Source: a virus
Reading direction: 5' to 3' (one strand)
DNA: 64,000 bases
IMG/VR virus record: IMGVR_UViG_3300028133_000003
Span: 4,219 to 68,218 of that record
The position numbers and the translations under genes are program-made. Of this stretch, positions 51,285 to 59,499 are shown piece by piece. Position 1 is the stretch's first letter. Every line of letters begins with the position of its first letter. The notes beneath the pieces were generated by a model. The model ran no database searches, had not been told where the DNA came from, and worked only from the letters and a program-made list of their open reading frames with translations.

Positions 51285-52607
51285 TTAACAATTTCTCCCA
51301 TTCTCATATATATGTTTTACTACCGGAAACCTTAATGAATATCCACCGTTTTGATTTTGGCTTTCTTCAAAATATTGAACAGTTACAGTTTTACCGATTA
51401 GTTCATTATGATTGTTGAGGTAGTGTTCTCTTTGTTCTTTAGAAAATCCAGATCCTACACTTACACGGTTACCTTTATGTTCAATAATAATATTACTTAA
51501 ACCTTCCTTTTCAACTTGTTTTCCATTTTCTGTCCATCGCATTGTACCGTTCATACATTCTAGGATTGTATATTCAGCATCATGGAATTTTTTAACCTTT
51601 AGAAGATTATGGCTTCTTTTACCTTCATAGCCGATATTCTTTCTAACCATGATTCCTTCAAATCCAGCATCTTCGGCTTCTTTTGCCATCTCAGTAAATT
51701 GTTCCTCTGTGGTTAGTTGATCCTGTGGTAAGAATTCTAACATAGAAGAGTTAATTCCTTCTGGTAAAATATCATAACCATTCTTAAGTCTTTCAGTAAG
51801 CGGTGTAGTTCCAGTCTTATTATCAAATTCATCTAAAGTTAAATAATCAAATACAAAGAATTTAGGATTTTCAATTTGATGGTCCTTCTTTCTGATTTGT
51901 TTCATAATTCCTTGGAAGTCTTCATTACCATCTTTATCTACCATACAGATTTCTCCATCTAAAATAAAGTCTCCACCTATTTTAGAAATTTCATTTTCTA
52001 AATTACCTAAGGTTGTAAATTCTTTACCGTTCCTTGAAAAGAATGTTACAGTATTCATTTCTTTTCTACAGATACATCTTACACCATCCAATTTTCTGGA
52101 TCCGTACCATTCTCCACTTTGAAAATCCACTCTCTTAGGATTATATGCATTTGCTAAAGCGACCTTAAAGGTTGGAATTAAATCTGGGTGGATTGCCTTA
52201 TTAATAGAAGTAGTACCACATCCCATATTAAGGTCTCGGTTTAGCATATAGTAAATAATATCTTCCCATTGCTTATTCTCTAGGACGAATCTATTTACAT
52301 TTGCAATTGCCGTATGACCGGTACATACCCTATTTCTTAAATCATCCAATAAGGTAAAGATACTACCGTATGTATTTGGGTGACCTAGTAAATCTGAATT
52401 CTTTTTGCAATTCCTAGGAGTTACATTATATTTGAAATAAGGATTGTAAGTATAGAAGAAAACTTTCTGTAAGAATTCTCTATCAGAATTTTCAACAGAG
52501 TTATCAGCATACTTTTTAAGAGTTGCAATTTTATGATTCCCTGATGAGGAAGAGCGCATTTCATCCAAGAAGGATTGTAGATAAGTAAGGTTTGTGTATT
52601 CAGTCAT
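51285..52607 (-). CDS. lig: ATP-dependent DNA ligase
   Basis: SRKLDGVRC, FSRNGK, LDGEI, FVFD, EGIMVR, LLKVKK, VGSGFS, SLRFP. Confidence 0.93.
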   Translation of the reverse strand: MTEYTNLTYLQSFLDEMRSSSSGNHKIATLKKYADNSVENSDREFLQKVFFYTYNPYFKYNVTPRNCKKNSDLLGHPNTYGSIFTLLDDLRNRVCTGHTAIANVNRFVLENKQWEDIIYYMLNRDLNMGCGTTSINKAIHPDLIPTFKVALANAYNPKRVDFQSGEWYGSRKLDGVRCICRKEMNTVTFFSRNGKEFTTLGNLENEISKIGGDFILDGEICMVDKDGNEDFQGIMKQIRKKDHQIENPKFFVFDYLTLDEFDNKTGTTPLTERLKNGYDILPEGINSSMLEFLPQDQLTTEEQFTEMAKEAEDAGFEGIMVRKNIGYEGKRSHNLLKVKKFHDAEYTILECMNGTMRWTENGKQVEKEGLSNIIIEHKGNRVSVGSGFSKEQREHYLNNHNELIGKTVTVQYFEESQNQNGGYSLRFPVVKHIYENGRNC

Positions 52608-52630
52608 ATTCCGTTTATTTAATTATATTA

Positions 52631-52661
52631 TAAATATAATCAATTTAATTGGGAATTGAAA
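52631..52661 (-). promoter_or_regulatory. Putative early promoter TTTCA-N17-TTATATTTA
   Basis: Identical spacing at 58180..58210 and 62625..62655; resembles the Bacteroidota -33/-7 consensus. Confidence 0.55.
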
Positions 52662-52690
52662 ATTTTTCTAGGACTTTTTTCTAAAAGTTA

Positions 52691-52942
52691 TTAACAATTT
52701 TTTATTCTGTCCTGTATAGATTTTAACTTTGCACATTTTTCAAAATCTTCTTTTTCTTCAAAGTGTAGCATTATCTTACTTAAGCTTTTAATTTTATGCT
52801 TTGCTGTTTTCTCATCATAGTGAAGTACTTGATCAGGAAACATTATTATTGTGTTATAACATAGGTTCATATATTGATCCCAACTAGTATTTTCTAATTG
52901 GTCTAGTAATGACCTCATAAATTCATCATTATCAAATTCCAT
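52691..52942 (-). CDS. Small protein with UvrB/C-like motif
   Basis: FEEKEDFEKCAKLKSI. Confidence 0.6.
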   Translation of the reverse strand: MEFDNDEFMRSLLDQLENTSWDQYMNLCYNTIIMFPDQVLHYDEKTAKHKIKSLSKIMLHFEEKEDFEKCAKLKSIQDRIKNC

Positions 52943-53765
52943 TTTCTAAGTCTTTCATTTTCTTAATTAGTAATTCTTGTTCATCACTTAATTCACTTGG
53001 CAAGTTAACTAATATATTTATAAAAAAATCTCCATACATACTTGGATTGTTATAAGCAGGAAACCCTTTACCTTTTATTCTTAGCATAGTACCATTCTTA
53101 ACACATTTCGGTATAGTGTAAGTTATAGTTTTATCAAATACCGTCGCCTCACCCTTACCGCCTAATAATGCATCATATAAATCTATATGCTTTATCGTAT
53201 GCAACCCTTTTTGGTCTAAATAAAAATTAGGATCATCTTGTATAAGTACTGTTAATACAAGATCTCCGTTTTGATCTTCTGTCATTCCTCTCTGCCCTAG
53301 TCCTTTAAGTCTCATTCTCTGACCAGGCTTTACTCCAGCTTTAATGTCTACACTAACAACTTTTGTCCCAACTCTAATTTCTTTACTGCATCCATAATAA
53401 GCTTGCTCTAATGTTATGTAAACTTGTGCAGTTATATTTCCACCCTTTGTACTAAAGCCATGTCTTCCACTAAATCCACCAAAGCTAGGATTACCAAAGC
53501 CACCTCCACCATTCCTTATAAAATCTTCAAAGATATCATCCATAGATCCACCAAATGGATTGCTGCCTCTTTGATCGTATTGTGCCTTCTTATTAGGATC
53601 ACCTAGAGTTTCATATGCATCAGCTATTTCTTTAAATCTTTCCTCGTTACCTGAAGATTTATCTGGATGGTATTCTTTTGCTAATTTTCTATAAGCCTTT
53701 TTAATCTCAACGTCAGTAGAGTTTTTATCTACACCTAGTATGTTGTAGGGATCTTTCATTTCCAA
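52932..53765 (-). CDS. dnaJ: DnaJ/CbpA-type co-chaperone (no zinc finger)
   Basis: J domain with HPD, G/F-rich linker, C-terminal LRIKGKG and GDL. The true start is probably MKDPY (53759). Confidence 0.93.
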   Translation of the reverse strand: MEMKDPYNILGVDKNSTDVEIKKAYRKLAKEYHPDKSSGNEERFKEIADAYETLGDPNKKAQYDQRGSNPFGGSMDDIFEDFIRNGGGGFGNPSFGGFSGRHGFSTKGGNITAQVYITLEQAYYGCSKEIRVGTKVVSVDIKAGVKPGQRMRLKGLGQRGMTEDQNGDLVLTVLIQDDPNFYLDQKGLHTIKHIDLYDALLGGKGEATVFDKTITYTIPKCVKNGTMLRIKGKGFPAYNNPSMYGDFFINILVNLPSELSDEQELLIKKMKDLENGI

Positions 53766-54100
53766 AATAACTGTATACCTATAAGACTACAAGCTAGGCA
53801 TAATGATACTATTGTTTTTGTAGTAATTCCTTCATCTAGAAAATACCAAGTTAAAAAAGTAAATGAAATAATACCTGATCCGAATGCAATAAATCTACCT
53901 GGCCACAAAAGACCATCATAATACTCCACTATAAAGCGCGTACCATAAATTAAAATATAACTTATTACAGTTCCGAATGTTAGGGATACTATAAAAGGAT
54001 TCTTTTTAAACCAAGGCCATACAAATTGACCGTTTGTTTGAAACCATATTGCCGATTGTCCTAAGAAGAACAATAAAAATGCTAAAATTAACTTATTCAT
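53756..54100 (-). CDS. Small multi-pass membrane protein (DMT/SMR-like)
   Basis: 114 aa with about four hydrophobic helices. Confidence 0.6.
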   Translation of the reverse strand: MNKLILAFLLFFLGQSAIWFQTNGQFVWPWFKKNPFIVSLTFGTVISYILIYGTRFIVEYYDGLLWPGRFIAFGSGIISFTFLTWYFLDEGITTKTIVSLCLACSLIGIQLFWK

Positions 54101-54359
54101 TTATATAATATTTATAACCCATTCTAACCATGTGATCCATGTGATGTTCCATTTGCTTTGCTGTTATCCATACTGAAGGTTCAATAATTACCTTACCGTC
54201 TTCTCTCTTATCGTATGCTTTATTAAGAAACCATTTTTCTCGTTTTGATTCCCACCAAAACCAGACCTTTTGCCATGATCTAGGTTTTTTCATATAAACT
54301 TTATTGCCTTTATCCATGTGAGCAATAAATTGTTTATATGTAATGTCTTTATCTGCCAT
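54093..54359 (-). CDS. Hypothetical Trp-rich protein
   Basis: 88-aa ORF in an overlapping gene chain. Confidence 0.6.
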   Translation of the reverse strand: MADKDITYKQFIAHMDKGNKVYMKKPRSWQKVWFWWESKREKWFLNKAYDKREDGKVIIEPSVWITAKQMEHHMDHMVRMGYKYYINE

Positions 54360-54537
54360 TCTGGTTTGCTTCTTTTATTGCAATTCTATGTAGCTTTTCT
54401 TCTAGTGCAAATTTCTTTTCATCTAATTTGTTTGCTATTTCTAGTTGATTAGCAATTCTCTCTAGTACCGATGTTAGTTTTGGAATGTCTTTTTCCAATA
54501 ATTTACGACCCATACCTGTTCTTAAAAATTCTGACAT
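54349..54537 (-). CDS. Hypothetical protein
   Basis: 62 aa, EFLRTGMGRK motif, coiled coil. Confidence 0.6.
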   Translation of the reverse strand: MSEFLRTGMGRKLLEKDIPKLTSVLERIANQLEIANKLDEKKFALEEKLHRIAIKEANQNGR

Positions 54538-54582
54538 AATAAGTTGTTTATTTTTATATGCAAAAATGCGACTTAGTTTTAT

Positions 54583-54591
54583 GAATATATA
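54583..54591 (+). promoter_or_regulatory. Late-type promoter box GAATATATA driving the plus-strand island
   Basis: The box switches strand together with the genes, which supports function. Confidence 0.6.
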
Positions 54592-54608
54592 ATCAAAATA
54601 ACAATATT

Positions 54609-55112
54609 ATGAAAAAGGTACCTTTATTTGAAGATTTTGTCCCTGCTGGCTTTGCCGCAAATAATGCAGCTCAATTTTCTCTTGGTGGAGTTAACAACAC
54701 CGAAACAGGATATAACATGGATGCAATAGTTGGGCCAGTTGAACAATGCTCAAACCATGTAGCTGAACAAGCTAACAGTTACGAATCAAATGATAATGCT
54801 GAGCATACCGCAGAAGCATACATTAAAGAGGCTAAGAAACATATTAATGATAAGATAGACGAAGCATGCGAAAGCTATTCTGCTATGTCTGAATCTACTC
54901 TTAATGAAGGAACTGATATTAGTTCTTGGAATCAAGCCGGTATTAAAGGCGATGCTAATGCACAGATAACTACCTTTGTCGGACCTAAGGATATTGAAGA
55001 TTTTGGCCTAGGTAGAAAATGTATGCAAATAAACATAGGAAGAAATTACGTTCAATTAAATCCTGCTGATATTGTAGAATTAAAGGACCTCCTTAAAAAC
55101 TATAAAGTATAA
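54609..55112 (+). CDS. Putative head-internal protein
   Basis: MKKVPLFEDFV N-terminus; TLNE|G candidate cleavage site. Confidence 0.65.
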   Translation: MKKVPLFEDFVPAGFAANNAAQFSLGGVNNTETGYNMDAIVGPVEQCSNHVAEQANSYESNDNAEHTAEAYIKEAKKHINDKIDEACESYSAMSESTLNEGTDISSWNQAGIKGDANAQITTFVGPKDIEDFGLGRKCMQINIGRNYVQLNPADIVELKDLLKNYKV

Positions 55113-55113
55113 T

Positions 55114-55359
55114 ATGATACCTAAATTTGAAAACTATTTAAATGAAGCTTCTGATTATGAATTTAATCCTAATGAAGCAGCGAGAAGATTAAAGGATAGA
55201 GAAAAAGAAAACATCCAAAGGTATAGGGCTGCACAAGAGCGTGGTGATAATTATGCCGTTGAGTTATATGAACTAAAAATCAAAATGGATAAAATTGACC
55301 TTGAAGGGTTAAAGGTACAAACCGCAATTCACCAACTTAAACAAAAGAATGGAAAGTAA
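55114..55359 (+). CDS. Putative head-internal protein
   Basis: MIPKFENYLNE N-terminus. Confidence 0.65.
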   Translation: MIPKFENYLNEASDYEFNPNEAARRLKDREKENIQRYRAAQERGDNYAVELYELKIKMDKIDLEGLKVQTAIHQLKQKNGK

Positions 55360-55679
55360 TGATAGGTAAGTTTGATGAATTCTTAAATGAAAAAAACTTT
55401 ATGGTAGCAACAGCTGATACTGCTGTTAAATATAGACTATCACACATGCCTATGTCAGGTTATATTGTAGCAATGGCAGCAAGCGGTAAAGAATTAGATA
55501 AAGAAATAAAATCAGGATTTTCTAAAACTGCAATTGCTAAAGATATAGAAGATATGTTAAATGATCAATTAAAAAAGTATAGACAGTTTATTACTGTAAG
55601 TGTTGATAATACTTATAAAGGGGCAGGTTATGCATTTACGATTGACATGGATGAATTACTAAAAACATTAAACAGATAA
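55359..55679 (+). CDS. Putative head-internal protein
   Basis: MIGKFDEFLNE N-terminus. Confidence 0.65.
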   Translation: MIGKFDEFLNEKNFMVATADTAVKYRLSHMPMSGYIVAMAASGKELDKEIKSGFSKTAIAKDIEDMLNDQLKKYRQFITVSVDNTYKGAGYAFTIDMDELLKTLNR

Positions 55680-55897
55680 TGGAAAATAACCAAGAAAGGG
55701 CAGACTTAAGTAAAATCCGCCACTATAAAGGAACAGTAAAAGATTTTAAAAATTACTGGGATGAAATGGCTGGAACTGAAACTAATGCATTTGGTACTCC
55801 AGAATATCAAGGTTTTAATAATGTACACCCTACTCGCGGTGAAGGTGATAGTGAACATTGGAAAACATCAAATGTAACTAAAAGTAAACAAAAATAA
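55679..55897 (+). CDS. Small hypothetical protein
   Basis: Translationally coupled; internal VKDFKNYWDE motif. Confidence 0.6.
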   Translation: MENNQERADLSKIRHYKGTVKDFKNYWDEMAGTETNAFGTPEYQGFNNVHPTRGEGDSEHWKTSNVTKSKQK

Positions 55898-55907
55898 ATA
55901 ATTTAAA

Positions 55908-56174
55908 ATGAAAAAACATATACCACTATTCGAAGACTTCAATTTAAATGAAGGAAGAACCACAGATGGTTTAAGTAAAGATGGAATGAAAATCTTTTTG
56001 GATTTACAAGATCTTGTAGGATTTGAAAAAGGTGATACTATTACAAATTACAATAAGATTGATCCAGCTATAAAAGATCATAAGCTATATAAAAAGATAT
56101 CCCCTAGAGATATGAGAATCTTAGGTAATGCATTAGGTAACTTAATGAGGATAGCAATTAGAATGGAGAGATAA
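55908..56174 (+). CDS. Putative head-internal protein
   Basis: MKKHIPLFEDFNLNE|G N-terminus. Confidence 0.65.
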   Translation: MKKHIPLFEDFNLNEGRTTDGLSKDGMKIFLDLQDLVGFEKGDTITNYNKIDPAIKDHKLYKKISPRDMRILGNALGNLMRIAIRMER

Positions 56175-56191
56175 TTTCTATTTACATACAA

Positions 56192-56226
56192 ACTAAAAAA
56201 GACCACTCTATGAGTGGCTTTTTAGT
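56192..56226. terminator. Bidirectional intrinsic terminator
   Basis: A-run, CCACTC-TAT-GAGTGG hairpin and T-run between convergent genes. Confidence 0.8.
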
Positions 56227-56236
56227 CTTATAGCTT

Positions 56237-56833
56237 TTATTGTAATTCAATGAACCCATTAGCAACTGACCAGGGTTCTTCAGCCCAAAGGTTAATTGCA
56301 ATAGCGCCTCTTCTCCCTTCAGTTACAGGTGACACACAGTGTGCGACATCACCAGGATTAAATATTACTAATCGGTTAGGTTTAGTTTTTATTACCTCTG
56401 GTGATTTATCTTCGCCATCAGTATAAATCAAAAGATCACCACCAGTAAATTCAAATCCCTCTGGGTAATATACACAACCTAAAACCGGCTTAAGAGGTAT
56501 ACCATCATAATCTTTGTTTTCTTTTCGATAAGCAACATCATCGTCAAAATGCATTTCTAAATTATCTTTAAAAACTACATCATCTTCATGGTTGCCTGTA
56601 GCTTCTTGTATACCAGTCCAATATTCAAAACCATCTAATTCTAGATTTATTCTTAAAGGAAGTTTTTCATTGAAGATGTAATTTGCTAATTCTTGTTTAA
56701 TATTACATGGCTCTTTATCCCACCAACCCTTCCAATACTTATATACTCCTGGGTCATCAAAAAATGTTTTGTCATTTTTTATTTTATCTAATAAAGTTTG
56801 GTCTTTTATAAAATCGTCAAATACAGCTATCAT
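56237..56833 (-). CDS. 2OG-Fe(II) oxygenase
   Basis: HFDDD (HxD), GGDL, PNRLVIF, HCVSPV, R..IAINLW. Confidence 0.85.
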   Translation of the reverse strand: MIAVFDDFIKDQTLLDKIKNDKTFFDDPGVYKYWKGWWDKEPCNIKQELANYIFNEKLPLRINLELDGFEYWTGIQEATGNHEDDVVFKDNLEMHFDDDVAYRKENKDYDGIPLKPVLGCVYYPEGFEFTGGDLLIYTDGEDKSPEVIKTKPNRLVIFNPGDVAHCVSPVTEGRRGAIAINLWAEEPWSVANGFIELQ

Positions 56834-56836
56834 AAT

Positions 56837-57409
56837 TTATTTAAATAATTTTTCAAGGTCATTTTTCTTAATTACTTGTTTAAGCATCTTAACATAGTTT
56901 TTTGCTTCTGCGTAACTCGCTCCTAAATATTCAAAGTATTCATCTTCTGAATCTAACTTACTTAAGTACCTACATTGGTAAAATGCATAGTCATATACTG
57001 ATTCTCTCCAATGATTATAATATGCATGGTTTCTATTTGTGCCTTCTGCTGTTGTAATTCTACGCCTGGCCTGTTTCATACCGAAGAGGTTATGATTCTC
57101 TAGAAAGATATCACTTTTCCAATGCCCAGTTTCTAATATAGATTGTGCCATGACTATATGTGGGTAATCTACATTAAGATCTGTTAACATTGACACTAAC
57201 TTAGTTTGTGAAAAGGTATCTACTTCAGCAATAAAAATCTGTGTTTCACCTTCTTGTAAATTTTCAATGATTACTTCCTTTGCAGTGTTTCTACCAAATA
57301 AAAAACCAACTAAGGAAACCGCCATTAAAATTCCTAAGCAATATAGAACCCATGTTCTAATGCATATTTTGTTGTAGAGTAATAAATTCTTATCGTATTT
57401 AAAAAACAT
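56837..57409 (-). CDS. GH73 glucosaminidase-domain peptidoglycan hydrolase with N-terminal membrane segment
   Basis: AQSILETG, NHNLFGMK, YAE...Y; hydrophobic residues about 17-38. Confidence 0.8.
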   Translation of the reverse strand: MFFKYDKNLLLYNKICIRTWVLYCLGILMAVSLVGFLFGRNTAKEVIIENLQEGETQIFIAEVDTFSQTKLVSMLTDLNVDYPHIVMAQSILETGHWKSDIFLENHNLFGMKQARRRITTAEGTNRNHAYYNHWRESVYDYAFYQCRYLSKLDSEDEYFEYLGASYAEAKNYVKMLKQVIKKNDLEKLFK

Positions 57410-57418
57410 ATATTAAAT

Positions 57419-57511
57419 TTAAGTTAAACAAAATAACATTAAAGAAAAATACCCTAATGCTATAATTAGAAAAATATCTATTGATTCTAATTCGGTTAAA
57501 AATCTTTTCAT
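57419..57511 (-). CDS. 30-aa single-pass membrane microprotein
   Basis: Translated by hand: MKRFLTELESIDIFLIIALGYFSLMLFCLT. ATGA overlap with pspC. Confidence 0.55.
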   Translation of the reverse strand: MKRFLTELESIDIFLIIALGYFSLMLFCLT

Positions 57512-57678
57512 AATTCTTTAGATAAAAACATCCATAGTACTATGTATACCCAGAATGCTGCAGGTATAAAAAATAGAAATCCAACCCTCCATAAAATAGA
57601 AGGCAATCCTGACCAATTTCCTAACCCTTGGCATACGCCGCCGATATATCCATTTCCTCTGTGTAGTTTATTTGTCAT
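57508..57678 (-). CDS. pspC: PspC-domain membrane protein (56 aa, below the ORF-track cutoff)
   Basis: Translated by hand: MTNKLHRGNGYIGGVCQGLGNWSGLPSILWRVGFLFFIPAAFWVYIVLWMFLSKEL. Matches the PspC pattern KL.R...I.GVC.GL and Y..LW. Confidence 0.8.
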   Translation of the reverse strand: MTNKLHRGNGYIGGVCQGLGNWSGLPSILWRVGFLFFIPAAFWVYIVLWMFLSKEL

Positions 57679-57688
57679 AGGTTTATTT

Positions 57689-58159
57689 TTAAAAGTTACC
57701 GTCAGCTACTTGGAAACAGCTGATTCCATTATTTCTCCACATCTGAACTACCTTATCTCTATCGTCAAATACACATAGTATATCATCAGTGTTTGGAAAT
57801 AAATCGTCAAGCCATTTCTTTTTTAACACATCATCTTTCATCCATTTAAAACCACCACCAGTTGGTCGCATCTTTAAAATGTCAAATGGAATATCAAGAT
57901 CGTTTAACCAATCTTTCGTTGCGTCTTTAGTAGCTTTAGATCTTCCACTAAAAATTACAATTCTATGACCAGCATTTTTGAGAGTTTGGGCCATGAGTAT
58001 TACTGGCCAATTAGGCTTGTCTAATTTAATGTTTGCAGGATCAAAGAATTTATCCCAATCCATATTACCGTTATCTTTTGTGGAGATTGCTCGCCTATCA
58101 TCGATTAGTGCAAGTGTTCCATCCAAATCAAAGATTACTGTTTTCTTTCTATTGCTCAT
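57689..58159 (-). CDS. HAD phosphatase resembling the 3'-phosphatase domain of T4 PNKP (PseT)
   Basis: IFDLDGTLA, FSGR, LKMRP, VFDDRDKVVQMWR..GISCFQVADGNF. Confidence 0.85.
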   Translation of the reverse strand: MSNRKKTVIFDLDGTLALIDDRRAISTKDNGNMDWDKFFDPANIKLDKPNWPVILMAQTLKNAGHRIVIFSGRSKATKDATKDWLNDLDIPFDILKMRPTGGGFKWMKDDVLKKKWLDDLFPNTDDILCVFDDRDKVVQMWRNNGISCFQVADGNF

Positions 58160-58179
58160 ATTTATTTATTTTTATAATT

Positions 58180-58210
58180 TAAATATAACAAGAAAACAAT
58201 AAATCTGAAA
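58180..58210 (-). promoter_or_regulatory. Putative early promoter TTTCA-N17-TTATATTTA
   Basis: Recurrent motif with fixed spacing. Confidence 0.55.
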
Positions 58211-58215
58211 GAATA

Positions 58216-58416
58216 CTACAGATCTTTTTGTTCTTTATCTCTAAGACTTTGTATATAGGTGGCTTTAATCTTTTGGGCCCTTTTCTTTACTGAAGGTTTT
58301 ACAAATTCTTTACCTTCCTTAATCTTTCTAACTTGTTTAGTTTTCTTTAGCTTTTGCTTATATCTTTTAAGCATCTTATCTATAGAATCCCTTTCGTTCT
58401 TTTTAATTATTATCAT
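58216..58416 (-). CDS. rpsU: Ribosomal protein bS21
   Basis: SIDKMLKRYKQK, EFVKPSVKKR, KATYIQ (Flavobacterium-like C-terminus with Tyr54). Confidence 0.9.
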   Translation of the reverse strand: MIIIKKNERDSIDKMLKRYKQKLKKTKQVRKIKEGKEFVKPSVKKRAQKIKATYIQSLRDKEQKDL

Positions 58417-58431
58417 GCCTTATATATTTTG

Positions 58432-58504
58432 TTGTGCCGCAGGGGATCGAACCCCGACTCTTCGGTACCAAAAACCGACGTGTTGCCAATTACACCACAG
58501 CACA
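58432..58504 (-). tRNA. tRNA-Gln(UUG)
   Basis: Acceptor TGTGCTG/CGGCACA, anticodon stem TCGGT/ACCGA with loop TTTTGGT, T-loop TTCGATC. CCA not encoded. Confidence 0.92.
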
Positions 58505-58514
58505 GGGTAATTGC

Positions 58515-58859
58515 TTACCTATTTTCATTTACTATTAACCTAGCAATAGTACCTTCCAATTGTTCTAATCTTTTATTAATATGATTATCATATTTGTCAA
58601 ATCTTGAATCAATCATTTTACCAAGCTCATTAGATTCTTGCCTGAATTCATTATCAAGTCTCTCAATTTCATCCTCACAGTGGGAATGCAATTTTTCTAA
58701 CTCATCAGAAAAATCATCAGCAGTATCGCCAATGTAATCTTCGATGTCATCTTTAAAAATTTCAATTTCTGAAATTCTACGCCAAACCTTAACCATACCA
58801 AAAATCCCTAAAGTAATAAGAACCGATAATACACCTAAAGTATAATAAAATATTTCCAT
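58515..58859 (-). CDS. Membrane-anchored acidic coiled-coil protein
   Basis: Likely start is MEIFYY at 58859, downstream of TAAAC-N17-TATAAT (58903..58930). N-terminal TM helix. Confidence 0.6.
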   Translation of the reverse strand: MEIFYYTLGVLSVLITLGIFGMVKVWRRISEIEIFKDDIEDYIGDTADDFSDELEKLHSHCEDEIERLDNEFRQESNELGKMIDSRFDKYDNHINKRLEQLEGTIARLIVNENR

Positions 58860-58935
58860 TTGTTGTTTGTTTTTACAAAATAAAGTTAAATCCTTATTTA
58901 TTATTATATACCTAAATGATAAATTGTTTAAGCAC

Positions 58936-58967
58936 AAAAAAACCCTAGGGTTTAAATCCTAAGGTTT
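58936..58967 (-). terminator. Intrinsic terminator
   Basis: Minus strand AAACCTTAGG-loop-CCTAGGGTTT followed by a T run. Confidence 0.7.
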
Positions 58968-58993
58968 GAAGTCATGTAAATTTGTTTCAGATA

Positions 58994-59482
58994 TTACACC
59001 GTTGCCCCAAGAGTAGGTAAATATACCCTTCCTTTATATACTAATGTACCTGATTGTAAATAATAATTGTCCGGTAAAATAGAACCTTCCATGATAGTAC
59101 AGTTATCTTCTATAGTTACACCATTACCAATTTCTGCATCTAAATCAATAACGCAGTTTGAACCAATATAAACCTGATTGCCTAAAGTGACACCTGGTCT
59201 AATTAATGTACTAGGACCTACAGTTAAGCCTGAACCAACCGTCACATCATTTAAATTGTTATCACCTTCAAAAAGAGTGGCAAAAGTTAATCCACTTAAT
59301 TCATTGTTTGCAATAGAAATTCTACTATCTCCGTTTTCTACTGCAATAATCCAATCGTTAGTAGGTGCAGTTTGATAATTAGTTTCATTATATTCAGTAT
59401 ACTCGCTAGGATCTAATAAGGAAGTTATTTTTCTCTCCCATGCATTATTACCAGTAGCAATACTTACAAATACGTTTAGCAT
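58994..59482 (-). CDS. Left-handed beta-helix (hexapeptide repeat) protein, PglD/NeuD-like, paralog 1
   Basis: VGSGLTVGPSTLIRPGVTLGNQVYIGSNCVIDLDAEIGNGV. Confidence 0.75.
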   Translation of the reverse strand: MLNVFVSIATGNNAWERKITSLLDPSEYTEYNETNYQTAPTNDWIIAVENGDSRISIANNELSGLTFATLFEGDNNLNDVTVGSGLTVGPSTLIRPGVTLGNQVYIGSNCVIDLDAEIGNGVTIEDNCTIMEGSILPDNYYLQSGTLVYKGRVYLPTLGATV

Positions 59483-59499
59483 AATATAATTATTTTATT

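Noticed and set aside
57542-57778. Plus-strand 78-aa ORF
   Set aside because: Antisense to the clearly recognisable PspC gene.
58860-58937. N-terminal extension of ORF 58515..58937 as given in the track
   Set aside because: It overlaps a promoter motif and the edge of a terminator; the ATG at 58859 is the more plausible start.
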